Notes: generated from the sequence alone by a model not told the origin. Positions 32,086-40,810 are shown, counted from the stretch's first letter. The stretch is 64,000 nt of DNA from an uncultured Verrucomicrobiae bacterium (GCA_963769025.1 CAVYKI010000012.1:480001-544000), one strand, 5' to 3'. Numbers and translations: made by a program.

Positions 32086-34167
32086 CCGCTGCCCGGACGA
32101 CGCGGCCAGCGCCGCCGCCTTGCGGCGCACCGCCTCCGCCTCGGCATTCCGGCCGAGTTCCCGGAGGATGGCGGAGAAAAAGTCGAGATACGCGGCATTC
32201 CCCGGTGCGCGCGCGACCGCGACGGCCTGAGATTCCAGCGCATCGGAGAATTTGCCGAGGCTGACCTCGCATTTCGCGGCCTCGTCAAATGCGCCGGCGC
32301 CGTGGATGTCGAGCCGCTGGGCATTCCGCGCGGTCGTGAGCGCCAGCGCGAAGTCGCCCATCTCGCGCTGGAGCGACGCCATGCCGATCTGCGACGGGAG
32401 ATGCCACCAGTGGGCGCGCGCGTATTCCTCCACCACCGTCAGCGCGGCGCGCGGCCCCTCGGTTTCGCGGAGGACGTTTGCCTCGAAGCCACGCAGCTCC
32501 CACGTGTGCGGGTTTGCGGGCTTCCACTCGCGCACGAGCGCGAGGGCCTCCGCGCTGCGGCCCTCCTTGTGCAACTGGCCCGCCGCATTCAACGCCGCAT
32601 TCCACGTCCGCGGAACATCGGCGACGACGGTGGCGGCGCGACCGATGTCGAGCAACGGGCGGGCCTCGTCGGCGCGGCCCTGCTTTTGGAGGCAGAGCCC
32701 GAGATTGATCCGCGCGGTCATGAAGCCTGGGTAAAATTCGAGCGTCTTTCGGTAAATCTGCTCCTGCTCGGCGAGCCGGCCCTGGCGGCCGAGTTCCTGC
32801 GCGAGGTAGGCGAGGATGCGCGGCGATGCGCCGCCGCTGGCGATCGTCTTCCGGGCAAAACGCTCGCCATTTGCCCAGTCCCCGGCGCGCACGCCCGTCC
32901 GCACCGCCAGCACGCCCGCAGCCACCAGCGCCAGCGCGCCGCTCCATCGCAGCGCACGGCGCGGGAGCATCGCGACCACGCCCGCCAGGAACATCAGGAA
33001 GCCGATGCTCGCGGCGTAGATCCAATGCTCGGCGACCTCGGCATTCAGCGGGATGAGATTCGAGATCGGCACAAACGCCACGAAGAACCAGACCGCGCCA
33101 AACCGCCGGAGCGAACGCCCTTCACCCCGACGCATGCAAAGCCACGAGGCCGCGACGAGCGTGGCCGCGCCGAGGATGGAAAGGTATTCGGCCGTGACGC
33201 CGTGCCACCACGCGGAGCGGCTCGCATACATGTCCGCCGCGCCCAGCGAGCGCTCCATCATCAGCCGCACCGGGGCAAACATCAGCCCGCAGTAGTCACC
33301 GAGCGCCCTCAGCGCGAGGATCGCCCGTCCGCCGAAAGGCTCCGGGCCGCCCACCGCCGCAGGAAGCCCGGCGCGATGTTCCGGCAGCGCATGCAAAACC
33401 GCATAGACGCCGACCAGCGCGATCACTCCGCCCACGGGGAGCAAGCGCCGGAGCCGGCCCGGCGAGCGTTCGAAAATAAGCGCGTGCAGACAAAAGAGCA
33501 GCGCCCATACGAGCGCGATTTCCTTCGAGCAGAGCGCCACGAGAAACAGCAGCGCCGCCGCCAGTCCGAAAGCCATCCGCCCCGCCCGCCCGGCACACTC
33601 GCGCGCGCGGATGCACAGCAGCCACGCGCCGAGCGCGAAGAGCGCCGCAAGGCTGTCCGCGCGCCCGGAGACGTAAGCCACCGCGGCATTATGCACCGGA
33701 TGCACCAGCCAGACGAGCGCCACGAGGAACGCGGCCGCAAATGCCTCCGGTCCGCCTTTCCACAATGCAGGCAGCAGCCGGCGGAGGAGCAGGAAGAGCA
33801 GCCACGCCGCAAACGCGTGAATCAGCACATTGGTGCAATGATAGCCGGTGGTGTCCTCGCCCCACAGCGCATAGTCCACCATGTAAGACAGGTTCTGGAC
33901 GGGCCGGTAGTAGGTTGAAAACGACTCGGTGAACAGATGCCGCCGGAACACCTCCACCGCGAAGACCGGACTGCGGAAGAACGGATTTTCCCCGACGAGA
34001 TAGTGATCGTCCCAGATGCGCTCCCCTTTCAGGGACGGGTAATAGGTCGCAAACGCGATCAGCACGAAGACGAGCAGCACGACCCACGGACGCAGCCACC
34101 GGGAGACGGCAGGACAGCGCGGCTCCTTCGCTGCCGCGGATTTTGGGCTGGGGCTGAGGTCTGTCAA
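32077..34167 (-). CDS. TMTC-like O-glycosyltransferase (GT-C) with TPR repeats
   Basis: WDD..LV..NP, YYRP, YH..NVLIH, HPVH..AV.YVSGRAD, SKE, AEHWIY, C-terminal TPRs. Confidence 0.85.
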   Translation of the reverse strand: MTDLSPSPKSAAAKEPRCPAVSRWLRPWVVLLVFVLIAFATYYPSLKGERIWDDHYLVGENPFFRSPVFAVEVFRRHLFTESFSTYYRPVQNLSYMVDYALWGEDTTGYHCTNVLIHAFAAWLLFLLLRRLLPALWKGGPEAFAAAFLVALVWLVHPVHNAAVAYVSGRADSLAALFALGAWLLCIRARECAGRAGRMAFGLAAALLFLVALCSKEIALVWALLFCLHALIFERSPGRLRRLLPVGGVIALVGVYAVLHALPEHRAGLPAAVGGPEPFGGRAILALRALGDYCGLMFAPVRLMMERSLGAADMYASRSAWWHGVTAEYLSILGAATLVAASWLCMRRGEGRSLRRFGAVWFFVAFVPISNLIPLNAEVAEHWIYAASIGFLMFLAGVVAMLPRRALRWSGALALVAAGVLAVRTGVRAGDWANGERFARKTIASGGASPRILAYLAQELGRQGRLAEQEQIYRKTLEFYPGFMTARINLGLCLQKQGRADEARPLLDIGRAATVVADVPRTWNAALNAAGQLHKEGRSAEALALVREWKPANPHTWELRGFEANVLRETEGPRAALTVVEEYARAHWWHLPSQIGMASLQREMGDFALALTTARNAQRLDIHGAGAFDEAAKCEVSLGKFSDALESQAVAVARAPGNAAYLDFFSAILRELGRNAEAEAVRRKAAALAASSGQRLL

Positions 34168-34176
34168 AATCTTGCG

Positions 34177-34594
34177 CTAAGGATAATACGGTGACCAGAA
34201 ATCCCCCGGGGCGACGTCCGAGAGCGCATTGAAGGTGACCGGCGAGACCTTCGGTGCCTCATCGAGGGTGGTCATCGTGTAGGCATTGCCCAGCAAATCG
34301 TTCGGAAGACTGTGATACAGCGCGCAGCCGGTCTTGATGTAAGGCAGGAAGAAGGCAAGGTCCCCGGGCCCGATCACCGTGTTTCCGTTGCGGTTGTTCT
34401 CGATCGTGTACTGGTCGATCGCACGTTCGAGCATCCGCACCTCATCGAGGACGCGCAGCGCCTGGCTCCGCTTTCTGGCGCGCATGTAGTTAGGGATGGC
34501 GATGGTCGCAATGAGCGCAATCACGGTCACCACGATCATGATCTCGACGACCGTAAAGCCGCTTCGTCGCCGGCCCTGGGATGATGTTTTTCAT
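34177..34594 (-). CDS. Type IV pilin-like protein, divergent copy D (one extra base in the homopolymer after ATG)
   Basis: GFTVVEIMIVV prepilin motif, IAIPNY.RARKRSQA, C-terminal FNALSDVAP..FWSPY shared with copies A-C. Confidence 0.85.
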
Positions 34595-34648
34595 TGGTTC
34601 ATTTGGATGCGACGCCTGGGCCGGAGCCGCGCCCGAACATGATAGCCA

Positions 34649-34664
34649 AGCAGTCCCCGTGCCT
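34649..34664 (-). promoter_or_regulatory. sigma54 promoter of pilin D
   Basis: AGGCACGGGGACTGCT = GG-N10-GC. Confidence 0.65.
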
Positions 34665-34705
34665 GTCACGCGAGCTTGAGACTCAGGCGCAATCCCCCCT
34701 CAAAA

Positions 34706-34745
34706 GCCGACACCCGGCTGTCCGCGAGGAACAGCCGGGTGTGGC
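34706..34745 (-). terminator. Rho-independent terminator after pilin A
   Basis: CACCCGGCTGT/ACAGCCGGGTG stem then T-run; compensatory changes relative to the other two copies. Confidence 0.75.
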
Positions 34746-34773
34746 GAATTTTGTCAGTTAAACAGCCGGTCGC

Positions 34774-35178
34774 TTAGTTGTAGGGCGACCAGAAGCTCGC
34801 CGGGGCAACGTCCGAGAGGGCGTTGAACGTCGAGGCGTTCACCTTCGGCGCGCTGTCCACGGTGGGCAGCGTGAAGGCGGCACCGAGGATGTCGGCGTTG
34901 TTGCTCATATAGAGACGCGTGCCGGTCTTGATGTAGCGCTGGACGTCCGCCCACGCGACGGTGGCGCCGCCGGGCTTGTTGGTCTCGATCGCGTATTGGT
35001 CCACGGCCGAGTCAATGATGCGCAGGTCCGAGAGGACCTGGGTGGCCTGCGAGCGCTTGCGGCTGCGCAGGAAGTTCGGGACGGCAATCGCCGCCAGCAG
35101 TGCGATGATCGCGACAACGATCATGATTTCCACGAGCGTGAAGCCCGCTTGAGTTTTGGTGGTCAGTTTACGGAGCAT
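34774..35178 (-). CDS. Type IV major pilin-like protein, copy A
   Basis: MLRKLTTKTQAG|FTLVEIMIVVAIIALLAAIAVPNF, 134 aa. Confidence 0.92.
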   Translation of the reverse strand: MLRKLTTKTQAGFTLVEIMIVVAIIALLAAIAVPNFLRSRKRSQATQVLSDLRIIDSAVDQYAIETNKPGGATVAWADVQRYIKTGTRLYMSNNADILGAAFTLPTVDSAPKVNASTFNALSDVAPASFWSPYN

Positions 35179-35248
35179 GTGATGTGTATTTCTGTTTTGG
35201 TTTATTCTCCCCCGCGGCAGTTGCACCGCGGTGGATGCTGCCTTTCTA

Positions 35249-35264
35249 AGCACGTGCGATGCCA
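35249..35264 (-). promoter_or_regulatory. sigma54 promoter of pilin A
   Basis: TGGCATCGCACGTGCT = GG-N10-GC. Confidence 0.75.
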
Positions 35265-35345
35265 CATTTCCCGGCGGCGGAATCTAGCGTGTTAACATAT
35301 TCCATACCAGCCGTTCCTCACCACGCGCGGCACCGCGAAAGCAAA

Positions 35346-35376
35346 CACCCGGCCATCCGCGAGGAATGGCCGGGTG
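35346..35376 (-). terminator. Rho-independent terminator after pilin B
   Basis: CACCCGGCCAT/ATGGCCGGGTG 11-bp stem then TTTGCTTT. Confidence 0.75.
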
Positions 35377-35407
35377 CTGTGAAAGGACCGCTGAGGCGGC
35401 CAGGGTC

Positions 35408-35812
35408 TTAGTTGTAGGGCGACCAGAAGCTCGCCGGGGCAACGTCCGAGAGGGCGTTGAACGTCGAGGTGTTCACCTTCGGCGCGCTGTCCACGGTGGG
35501 CAGCGTGAAGGCGGCACCGAGGATGTCGGTGTTGTTGCTCATGTAGAGGCGCGTGCCGCTCTTGATATAGCGCTGGACGTCCGCCCACGCGACGGTGGCG
35601 CCGCCGGGCTTGTTGGTCTCGATCGCGTATTGGTCCACGGCCGAGTCGATGATGCGCAGATCCTCGAGGACCTGGGTGGCCTGCGAGCGCTTGCGGCTGC
35701 GCAGGAAGTTCGGGACGGCAATCGCCGCCAGCAGTGCGATGATCGCGACGACGATCATGATTTCCACGAGCGTGAAGCCCGCTTGCGTTTTGGTGGTCAG
35801 TTTACGGAGCAT
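35408..35812 (-). CDS. Type IV major pilin-like protein, copy B
   Basis: Differs from copy A at 4 residues. Confidence 0.92.
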   Translation of the reverse strand: MLRKLTTKTQAGFTLVEIMIVVAIIALLAAIAVPNFLRSRKRSQATQVLEDLRIIDSAVDQYAIETNKPGGATVAWADVQRYIKSGTRLYMSNNTDILGAAFTLPTVDSAPKVNTSTFNALSDVAPASFWSPYN

Positions 35813-35879
35813 GTGATGTGTATTTCTGTTTTGGTTTGTCACCGCCGTGGCAGTGTGCCGCGGCGGATGCTGCCTGAAA

Positions 35880-35895
35880 AGCAGGCGCGATGCCA
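35880..35895 (-). promoter_or_regulatory. sigma54 promoter of pilin B
   Basis: TGGCATCGCGCCTGCT = GG-N10-GC. Confidence 0.75.
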
Positions 35896-35953
35896 CGTTT
35901 CCCTGCATGAAACCAATGCCATTTTCGTGCGCCGCTACCTCCCGGAAAGCAAA

Positions 35954-35984
35954 CACCCGGCCATCCGCGAGGAATGGCCGGGTG
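35954..35984 (-). terminator. Rho-independent terminator after pilin C
   Basis: Hairpin identical to 35346-35376. Confidence 0.75.
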
Positions 35985-36015
35985 CTGTGAAAGGAACCGC
36001 GTGGCGGCGGAGGCC

Positions 36016-36423
36016 TTAGTTGTAGGGCGACCAGAAATCCGCCGGGGCGACGTCCGAGAGCGCGGTGAACGTCGAGGCGTTCACCTTCGGCGTGCTGTCC
36101 ACCGTCGGGAGCGTGAAGGACGCACCGAGGATGTCGGTGTTGTTGCTCAGATAGAGCCGCGTTCCGGTCTTGATGTAACGCTGGATGTCCGCCCAATCGA
36201 CCGGGCCGAAGCCGCCGGCCTTCGAGGTTTCGATGGCGTACTGGTCCACGGCGCCGTCGATGACGCGCAGGTCCTCGAGGATCTGGGTGGCCTGCGAGCG
36301 CTTGCGGCTGCGCAGGAAGTTCGGGACGGCGATCGCCGCGAGGAGGGCGATGATCGCGACCACGATCATGATTTCCACGAGCGTGAAGCCCGCGTGTGTT
36401 TTGGTGTTCAGTTTACGAAGCAT
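36016..36423 (-). CDS. Type IV major pilin-like protein, copy C
   Basis: MLRKLNTKTHAG|FTLVEIMIVV, 135 aa, closely related to A and B. Confidence 0.92.
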   Translation of the reverse strand: MLRKLNTKTHAGFTLVEIMIVVAIIALLAAIAVPNFLRSRKRSQATQILEDLRVIDGAVDQYAIETSKAGGFGPVDWADIQRYIKTGTRLYLSNNTDILGASFTLPTVDSTPKVNASTFTALSDVAPADFWSPYN

Positions 36424-36495
36424 GGGATGATGTCAGTTTGTGTTTGTTTTAATCTCATTCGCTCACCGAAGATGGACGCGAATACCATTCCGATG

Positions 36496-36511
36496 AGCAT
36501 TCACGGTGCCA
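36496..36511 (-). promoter_or_regulatory. sigma54 promoter of pilin C
   Basis: TGGCACCGTGAATGCT = GG-N10-GC, near consensus. Confidence 0.78.
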
Positions 36512-36552
36512 TCGCCTGACCGATTCCTCGCCTCTCCGCAAACGCACCACCC

Positions 36553-38553
36553 ATGACACCAGCCCCGTCCCGCCGCCGATTCATCGATCGGCTACCCCCG
36601 TGGCTCTTCGTCTTTGTCGGCGTGTTCCTGGTGCAGTTCCTCGTCCTGAACATGATCGCCGCCTCGCGCCATTTCCTCCCGGATGGCGACGACATGAAAT
36701 TCTACAACGACTGGGCGCACCGCATCGCCGGCGGACAGCTCACGGATGGAAAGGCCTTCTACGGCCTGCCCGGCTACGCCTACGCGCTGGCGGGCATCTA
36801 TCAGGCGACCGGCGGCTACAGCCACTGGTATTCGCCCTATGTCGTCGCGCAGCTCCAGGCCGCGCTCCATGCGCTCACGGCCACTTGGATCTTCCTGCTC
36901 GGGTGCCGCGTCTTTGGCGGCGCGGGTGAAAGTGACAGGCGGCGCGGGATGGCCATCGGCGTGCTCGGCGCCGCGGCGTGGGCGTTCTTCACGCCGGCGC
37001 AGGTCTTCTCCGCCATCCTCATGCCGACGGCCTGGGTCGTGTGCGCTTTCTGGGGGACGGTCTATTGGCTGGTCGTCATCCATGAACGCGGCCGCGCCTC
37101 GTGGTGGCGGCCCTGGCTGTGGATCGGCCTCTGCGCGGGCATCACCGCGATGATGGTCGCCACCATCCTCATGCTCCTGCCGCTCGTCGTCGTGGCCATC
37201 GCGCTCACCGTCGGGCGCGGCAGTCCGCTGCGGGCCCGCCTCCTGCCCGTCGCCGGCGCCGTGCTCATCCTCCTCGGCGGCGTGTACACCGGCTGCGCCC
37301 CGGTGTGGATTCACAATCACTTCATCGCCAAGGACCGCGTCCTCCTCTCCGCGCACGACGGCCTCAATTTCTACCTCGGCAACCACGCCGGCTCGAACGG
37401 CTACACCCACATCCCCGCCGGCCTCCGCGCCTCGCAGGAGGGCCTCCTCAAGGACTCCCTCACCATCCCCGAAAAAGTCGCCGGCCGCCCCCTCAAGCGC
37501 TCCGAAGCCTCCGCCTACTGGAAAGCGAAAGGCGTCGCCTTCATCCGCGACGAGCCCGTCGCATGGATGAGACTCCTCTGGCTCAAATTTGAGAACTTCT
37601 GCAACGCCTTCCAATACGACGACCTCAGCATCCTGAAGCTCCTCCGCGACGAGCACGCCGTCCTCCCCGGCCTCCGCTTCGGCTTCGCCGCCGCCCTCGG
37701 CATCCCCGGCCTCCTCCTCTGCTGGTTCCGGTGGCCCCGCAGCCGCTGGGTCGCCGGCGGCGTCATCCTCCACCTCGCCGCGCTCCTGCCCGTCTTCATC
37801 ACCGAACGCTACCGCCTCGCCGCCGCCCCCGGCCTCCTCCTCTTCGCCGTCGCCGGCCTCTGGCTGCTCTGGGAAAATCTCACCTCGCTCCTCCTCAAGG
37901 TCTCGTCCCGTCACACCGAAGCCCCCGCTCCCGCCATCCGTTCCTCTCCACTCTCAACCCTCATCACTCAACTCCTTCTCACCGCCCTCTCCACCTGGTT
38001 CGTCTCCCGCCCCCAGACCTCCATCAGCCTCTGGTCGCTCGATTTCTACAAGGCCGGCATCCGCGCCACCGACGGCCGCAACGAAGCCATCGCCAACGGC
38101 GACCCCCGCCTCGCCGCCGCCTACCTCGCCAGCGCCCGCCGCAACCTCGAAACCGCCTACGCCTACGTCCCCGCCAATGCCGACATCACCTTCGCCCTCG
38201 GCAACGTCTGGTACTACGCCCACGACAACGCCCGCGCCAGCCTCTGCTTCCAGCGCGCCGTCCAGCTCGGCACCGCCGCCGGGCGCCCCCACGACGGCGC
38301 CCTCAACAACCTCGGCGTCATCGCCCTCACCGAAAAGCGCCCCAAGGACGCCGAAGTCCTCTTCCAGCTCTCCCTGAAAACCGAGCCCGACGACGCCAAG
38401 ACCTGGTTCCTCCTCGCCGAAGCCTGCCGCGACCAGGGCGACATCCCCCACGCCCAGCTCGCCATCGCCCAGGCCCTCCGCCTCCGCCCCGCCGACCCCG
38501 CCTTCCGGAAATTCCGCGAAACCCTCCCCGCCCCCGCCCCCACCCCGCGCTAG
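36553..38553 (+). CDS. ArnT/PMT-like GT-C membrane glycosyltransferase with C-terminal TPRs
   Basis: GDDMKFYNDWA..IAGG, FY.LPGY, GLNFYLGN, FITERYRL, TPR-like C-terminus. Confidence 0.8.
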   Translation: MTPAPSRRRFIDRLPPWLFVFVGVFLVQFLVLNMIAASRHFLPDGDDMKFYNDWAHRIAGGQLTDGKAFYGLPGYAYALAGIYQATGGYSHWYSPYVVAQLQAALHALTATWIFLLGCRVFGGAGESDRRRGMAIGVLGAAAWAFFTPAQVFSAILMPTAWVVCAFWGTVYWLVVIHERGRASWWRPWLWIGLCAGITAMMVATILMLLPLVVVAIALTVGRGSPLRARLLPVAGAVLILLGGVYTGCAPVWIHNHFIAKDRVLLSAHDGLNFYLGNHAGSNGYTHIPAGLRASQEGLLKDSLTIPEKVAGRPLKRSEASAYWKAKGVAFIRDEPVAWMRLLWLKFENFCNAFQYDDLSILKLLRDEHAVLPGLRFGFAAALGIPGLLLCWFRWPRSRWVAGGVILHLAALLPVFITERYRLAAAPGLLLFAVAGLWLLWENLTSLLLKVSSRHTEAPAPAIRSSPLSTLITQLLLTALSTWFVSRPQTSISLWSLDFYKAGIRATDGRNEAIANGDPRLAAAYLASARRNLETAYAYVPANADITFALGNVWYYAHDNARASLCFQRAVQLGTAAGRPHDGALNNLGVIALTEKRPKDAEVLFQLSLKTEPDDAKTWFLLAEACRDQGDIPHAQLAIAQALRLRPADPAFRKFRETLPAPAPTPR

Positions 38554-38571
38554 GGCGGTTCCTCGAAAACT

Positions 38572-38656
38572 GTAGCCGCCGACGGCAGCAGGCGGGCACT
38601 TTGAAGACCCCTGTCCCGGACCGAAAGCGCGCCCGCCTCGTTCCCTCGGCGGCTAC
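38572..38656. repeat. GTAG-family REP-like long palindrome
   Basis: GTAGCCGCCGA...TCGGCGGCTAC with inner AGGCGGGC/GCCCGCCT stem, between convergent genes. Confidence 0.7.
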
Positions 38657-38720
38657 GAAATAAAGTCAACCGCTCCAGCGCCCCGCGGAGTGAATCACGC
38701 CCCGGACTCCCCATCCGCCC

Positions 38721-39491
38721 CTACGCCGTCGGCGGGTAACCCCCGCCGCCCGGTCCCGGCGCCGGGTCCGGCGTCTCGCCTTCCGCGAAGACATACACCA
38801 CCCCCCAGCGCACACACTTCGCCCGGCGCGAACTCGCACTCGGATCATTCCGGTAGAAAAACTCCACCGTGTCGCAGACATCCACCGCCAGCGCCTGCGC
38901 CTCCTCATACAGCGCACCCGCGTCCTCCCGCTCCAGGTCCGTCTTTTCCAGCGCCCCCTGCGCCAGCGCCAGCGCCGCCTTGAATTCCGCCATCGCATCC
39001 GCCACCTGCGCCGCGCTCGGGTTCGCCATCGGCTTATGCCCCCCGACTTCCGCCGCCGCCCGCGCAGCCTCCCCCTGCGCGATCGCATCCCCCGCCTCCT
39101 TCACCGCGTCGTAAGTGCCCAGCGGCGGCAACTCCGTCGCCGACGAATCCCGCCCGTAAAACCGCCGCGCGCTCGGCGGATACACCCCCCGCGCCACCGC
39201 CAGGTCGAACACCTGGTGAAAGTGCGACACCAGCATCGTCGCCCGCGCCGCCTTGCGCGAAAGCTCATTCGTCAGCGCCCCCTGCGCCGCCAGCGCCAGG
39301 TCCACCTGGCTGCATTCCCGTTCAAATTTCGTCAAAAACGACTCCGGCGACCCCGAATCCCGCAACTTCTCCCACTGCGCCGCCGAAATCGCCCGGTCCG
39401 CCGCATTCGGCGTATTCAGATACTTGTCCCGCGCAGTCTTCAGCGTGCGGAGGACGGCGGGAATCGAATTGGGCAGGCGGCGTGAGGGCAT
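38721..39491 (-). CDS. Conserved all-helical hypothetical protein resembling the Bacteroidota MPYRRLP family
   Basis: MPSRRLPN, SHFHQV..LAV.RG, FYG, GE..R, NPS.A.V, C..WGVVY match my recollection of that family. Confidence 0.65.
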   Translation of the reverse strand: MPSRRLPNSIPAVLRTLKTARDKYLNTPNAADRAISAAQWEKLRDSGSPESFLTKFERECSQVDLALAAQGALTNELSRKAARATMLVSHFHQVFDLAVARGVYPPSARRFYGRDSSATELPPLGTYDAVKEAGDAIAQGEAARAAAEVGGHKPMANPSAAQVADAMAEFKAALALAQGALEKTDLEREDAGALYEEAQALAVDVCDTVEFFYRNDPSASSRRAKCVRWGVVYVFAEGETPDPAPGPGGGGYPPTA

Positions 39492-39530
39492 GGTGGTTGG
39501 GATTGGAGGTTTGGTTCAAAGGCTGGGGAA

Positions 39531-39950
39531 ACGGAAAATGCCCACCCGGCCAGACAGGCATTTTCCGTCCTGAAAATGGCATTCCGGCGCAGGACAGGCA
39601 TTTTCCGTCCTGAAAATGGCATCCCGGCCGACAGGACAGGCATTTTCCGTCCTGCAAATGGCATCCCAGCCGGCAGGGCAGGCATTTTCCGTCCTGTAAG
39701 AGGGCATCCTGTCCAGCCGGAGCCCCTTTCCGTCCTGCAAATGGCATCCCGGCCGACAGGACAGGCATTTTCCGACCTGCAAGAGGGCATCCTGTCCAGC
39801 CGGCGCCTCTTTCCGTCCTGCAAATGGCCAACCGGCCGGCCAAGGAGCCATTTTCCGACCTGCAAGAGGGCATCCCGCCCACAGGGACTCCATTTTCCGT
39901 CCTGCAAACGTCCGACGTGCCGCGCCGGGAGAGGCTTTCCGGCCTGCAAA
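39531..39950. repeat. Array of ten 40-42 bp units with core TTTCCG(T/A/G)CCTG(C/A/T)AA, plus one inverted core copy
   Basis: Unit starts at 39561, 39601, 39643, 39685, 39726, 39768, 39809, 39851, 39893, 39935; inverted ACGGAAAATGCC at 39531-39542. Confidence 0.92.
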
Positions 39951-40003
39951 CATCCCTCCCGCCAAGCCCAAAGCCCCTTTCACCCCGGAAAACCGCATCC
40001 CCG

Positions 40004-40033
40004 CCTTCATCCTTCTGCCTTCAGCCTTCATCC
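40004..40033. repeat. Heptamer tandem repeat CCTTC(A/T)(T/G)
   Basis: ccttcat ccttctg ccttcag ccttcat. Confidence 0.7.
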
Positions 40034-40683
40034 ATCGCCCCTCCCCAAGCGCCTCCCTCCGCGCAACGCCACCGCGTCGCACACATCGCCGGCCCGATAC
40101 TGGATTGCACATCGCCATCTTCTTCGGAGTTTCGCCGCTGGCGATCTAGGAAACCCATCCCGCCCCTGTCACGAACTTTTTTGCTGATTTCAAAATAAAT
40201 CCCGCCCCGCCGCCCATCGGTCTATCACGTTTCGCATTCAAAGCCCCGAAAACACCGACGTCCCCCGCCCGCCAGGCCCCGGCATTTTCCCATTTGACTC
40301 AGGAAATCTCCAAGCAACACTCCCCACCATGCCACCCCCCCTCCCGTCTAGACCGAGCCAAACCGAACCCCCACTCGGTCCAATCAGATGTTCGGCGATC
40401 GCTACGTCTCTCGTGTTGAATGACGCTCCACTCAGAGTCGGTCCCGGGTTGTTCGCTGCTCCCGAGTCGCACGGTTTGGCTGCTCGTCGCTTCACGCCCT
40501 CACCGCGCACGTCGGTTTGGCGCTCCCAGCGTTCCACCCTTTCCCCAGTCCCGGCTTTTCGTCGTTCGCCGTTTCACCCGCCTCGACAGGGCCACGGTTT
40601 TAGCCTTCTCTTTCCTTCATGCGCAGCGCGGACTCACCGTTTTGGCCAGTGGTTGCGGGACGCTTTCTCCCAATGCCCGCAAC

Positions 40684-40810
40684 GCCGAACCATGCGCTGC
40701 AGCGAACAGGCTCCGCGGTCACGGCACCTGCGGCAGACCACCACCACCTTTCCGCCCACCGGCAGGTGCCGCGCCCGCTCCGCCTGTCGCTGAGCTTGGG
40801 GTCGTTAGGC
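40684..40810 (+). other. attC site 1 (127 bp)
   Basis: GCCGAAC-catgcgctgcagcgaac...GGCACCTGC/GCAGGTGCC stem...gtcgctgagcttggggtc-GTTAGGC. Confidence 0.88.

Noticed and set aside
34586..34594. Phase-variable homopolymer switching pilin D off
   Set aside because: The run is only 5 bases and the assembly has many indel errors, so it cannot be told apart from an artefact without reads
34774..36423. Diversity-generating retroelement (template/variable repeat pair) among the pilin copies
   Set aside because: No reverse transcriptase in the window, differences are not adenine-specific, and the copies are whole genes with promoters
39561..39950. CRISPR array or TIGR-type guide array
   Set aside because: The inter-core segments are related to each other (units 2 and 5 share one, 4 and 6 nearly so), the core is only ~15 bp, and there is no adjacent cas gene or recognisable Nop-domain gene; kept as an unexplained array
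39322..40187. Repetitive ORFs across the array
   Set aside because: Units of 40 and 41 bp shift frame, and similar low-complexity ORFs appear in several frames, as expected for non-coding repeats
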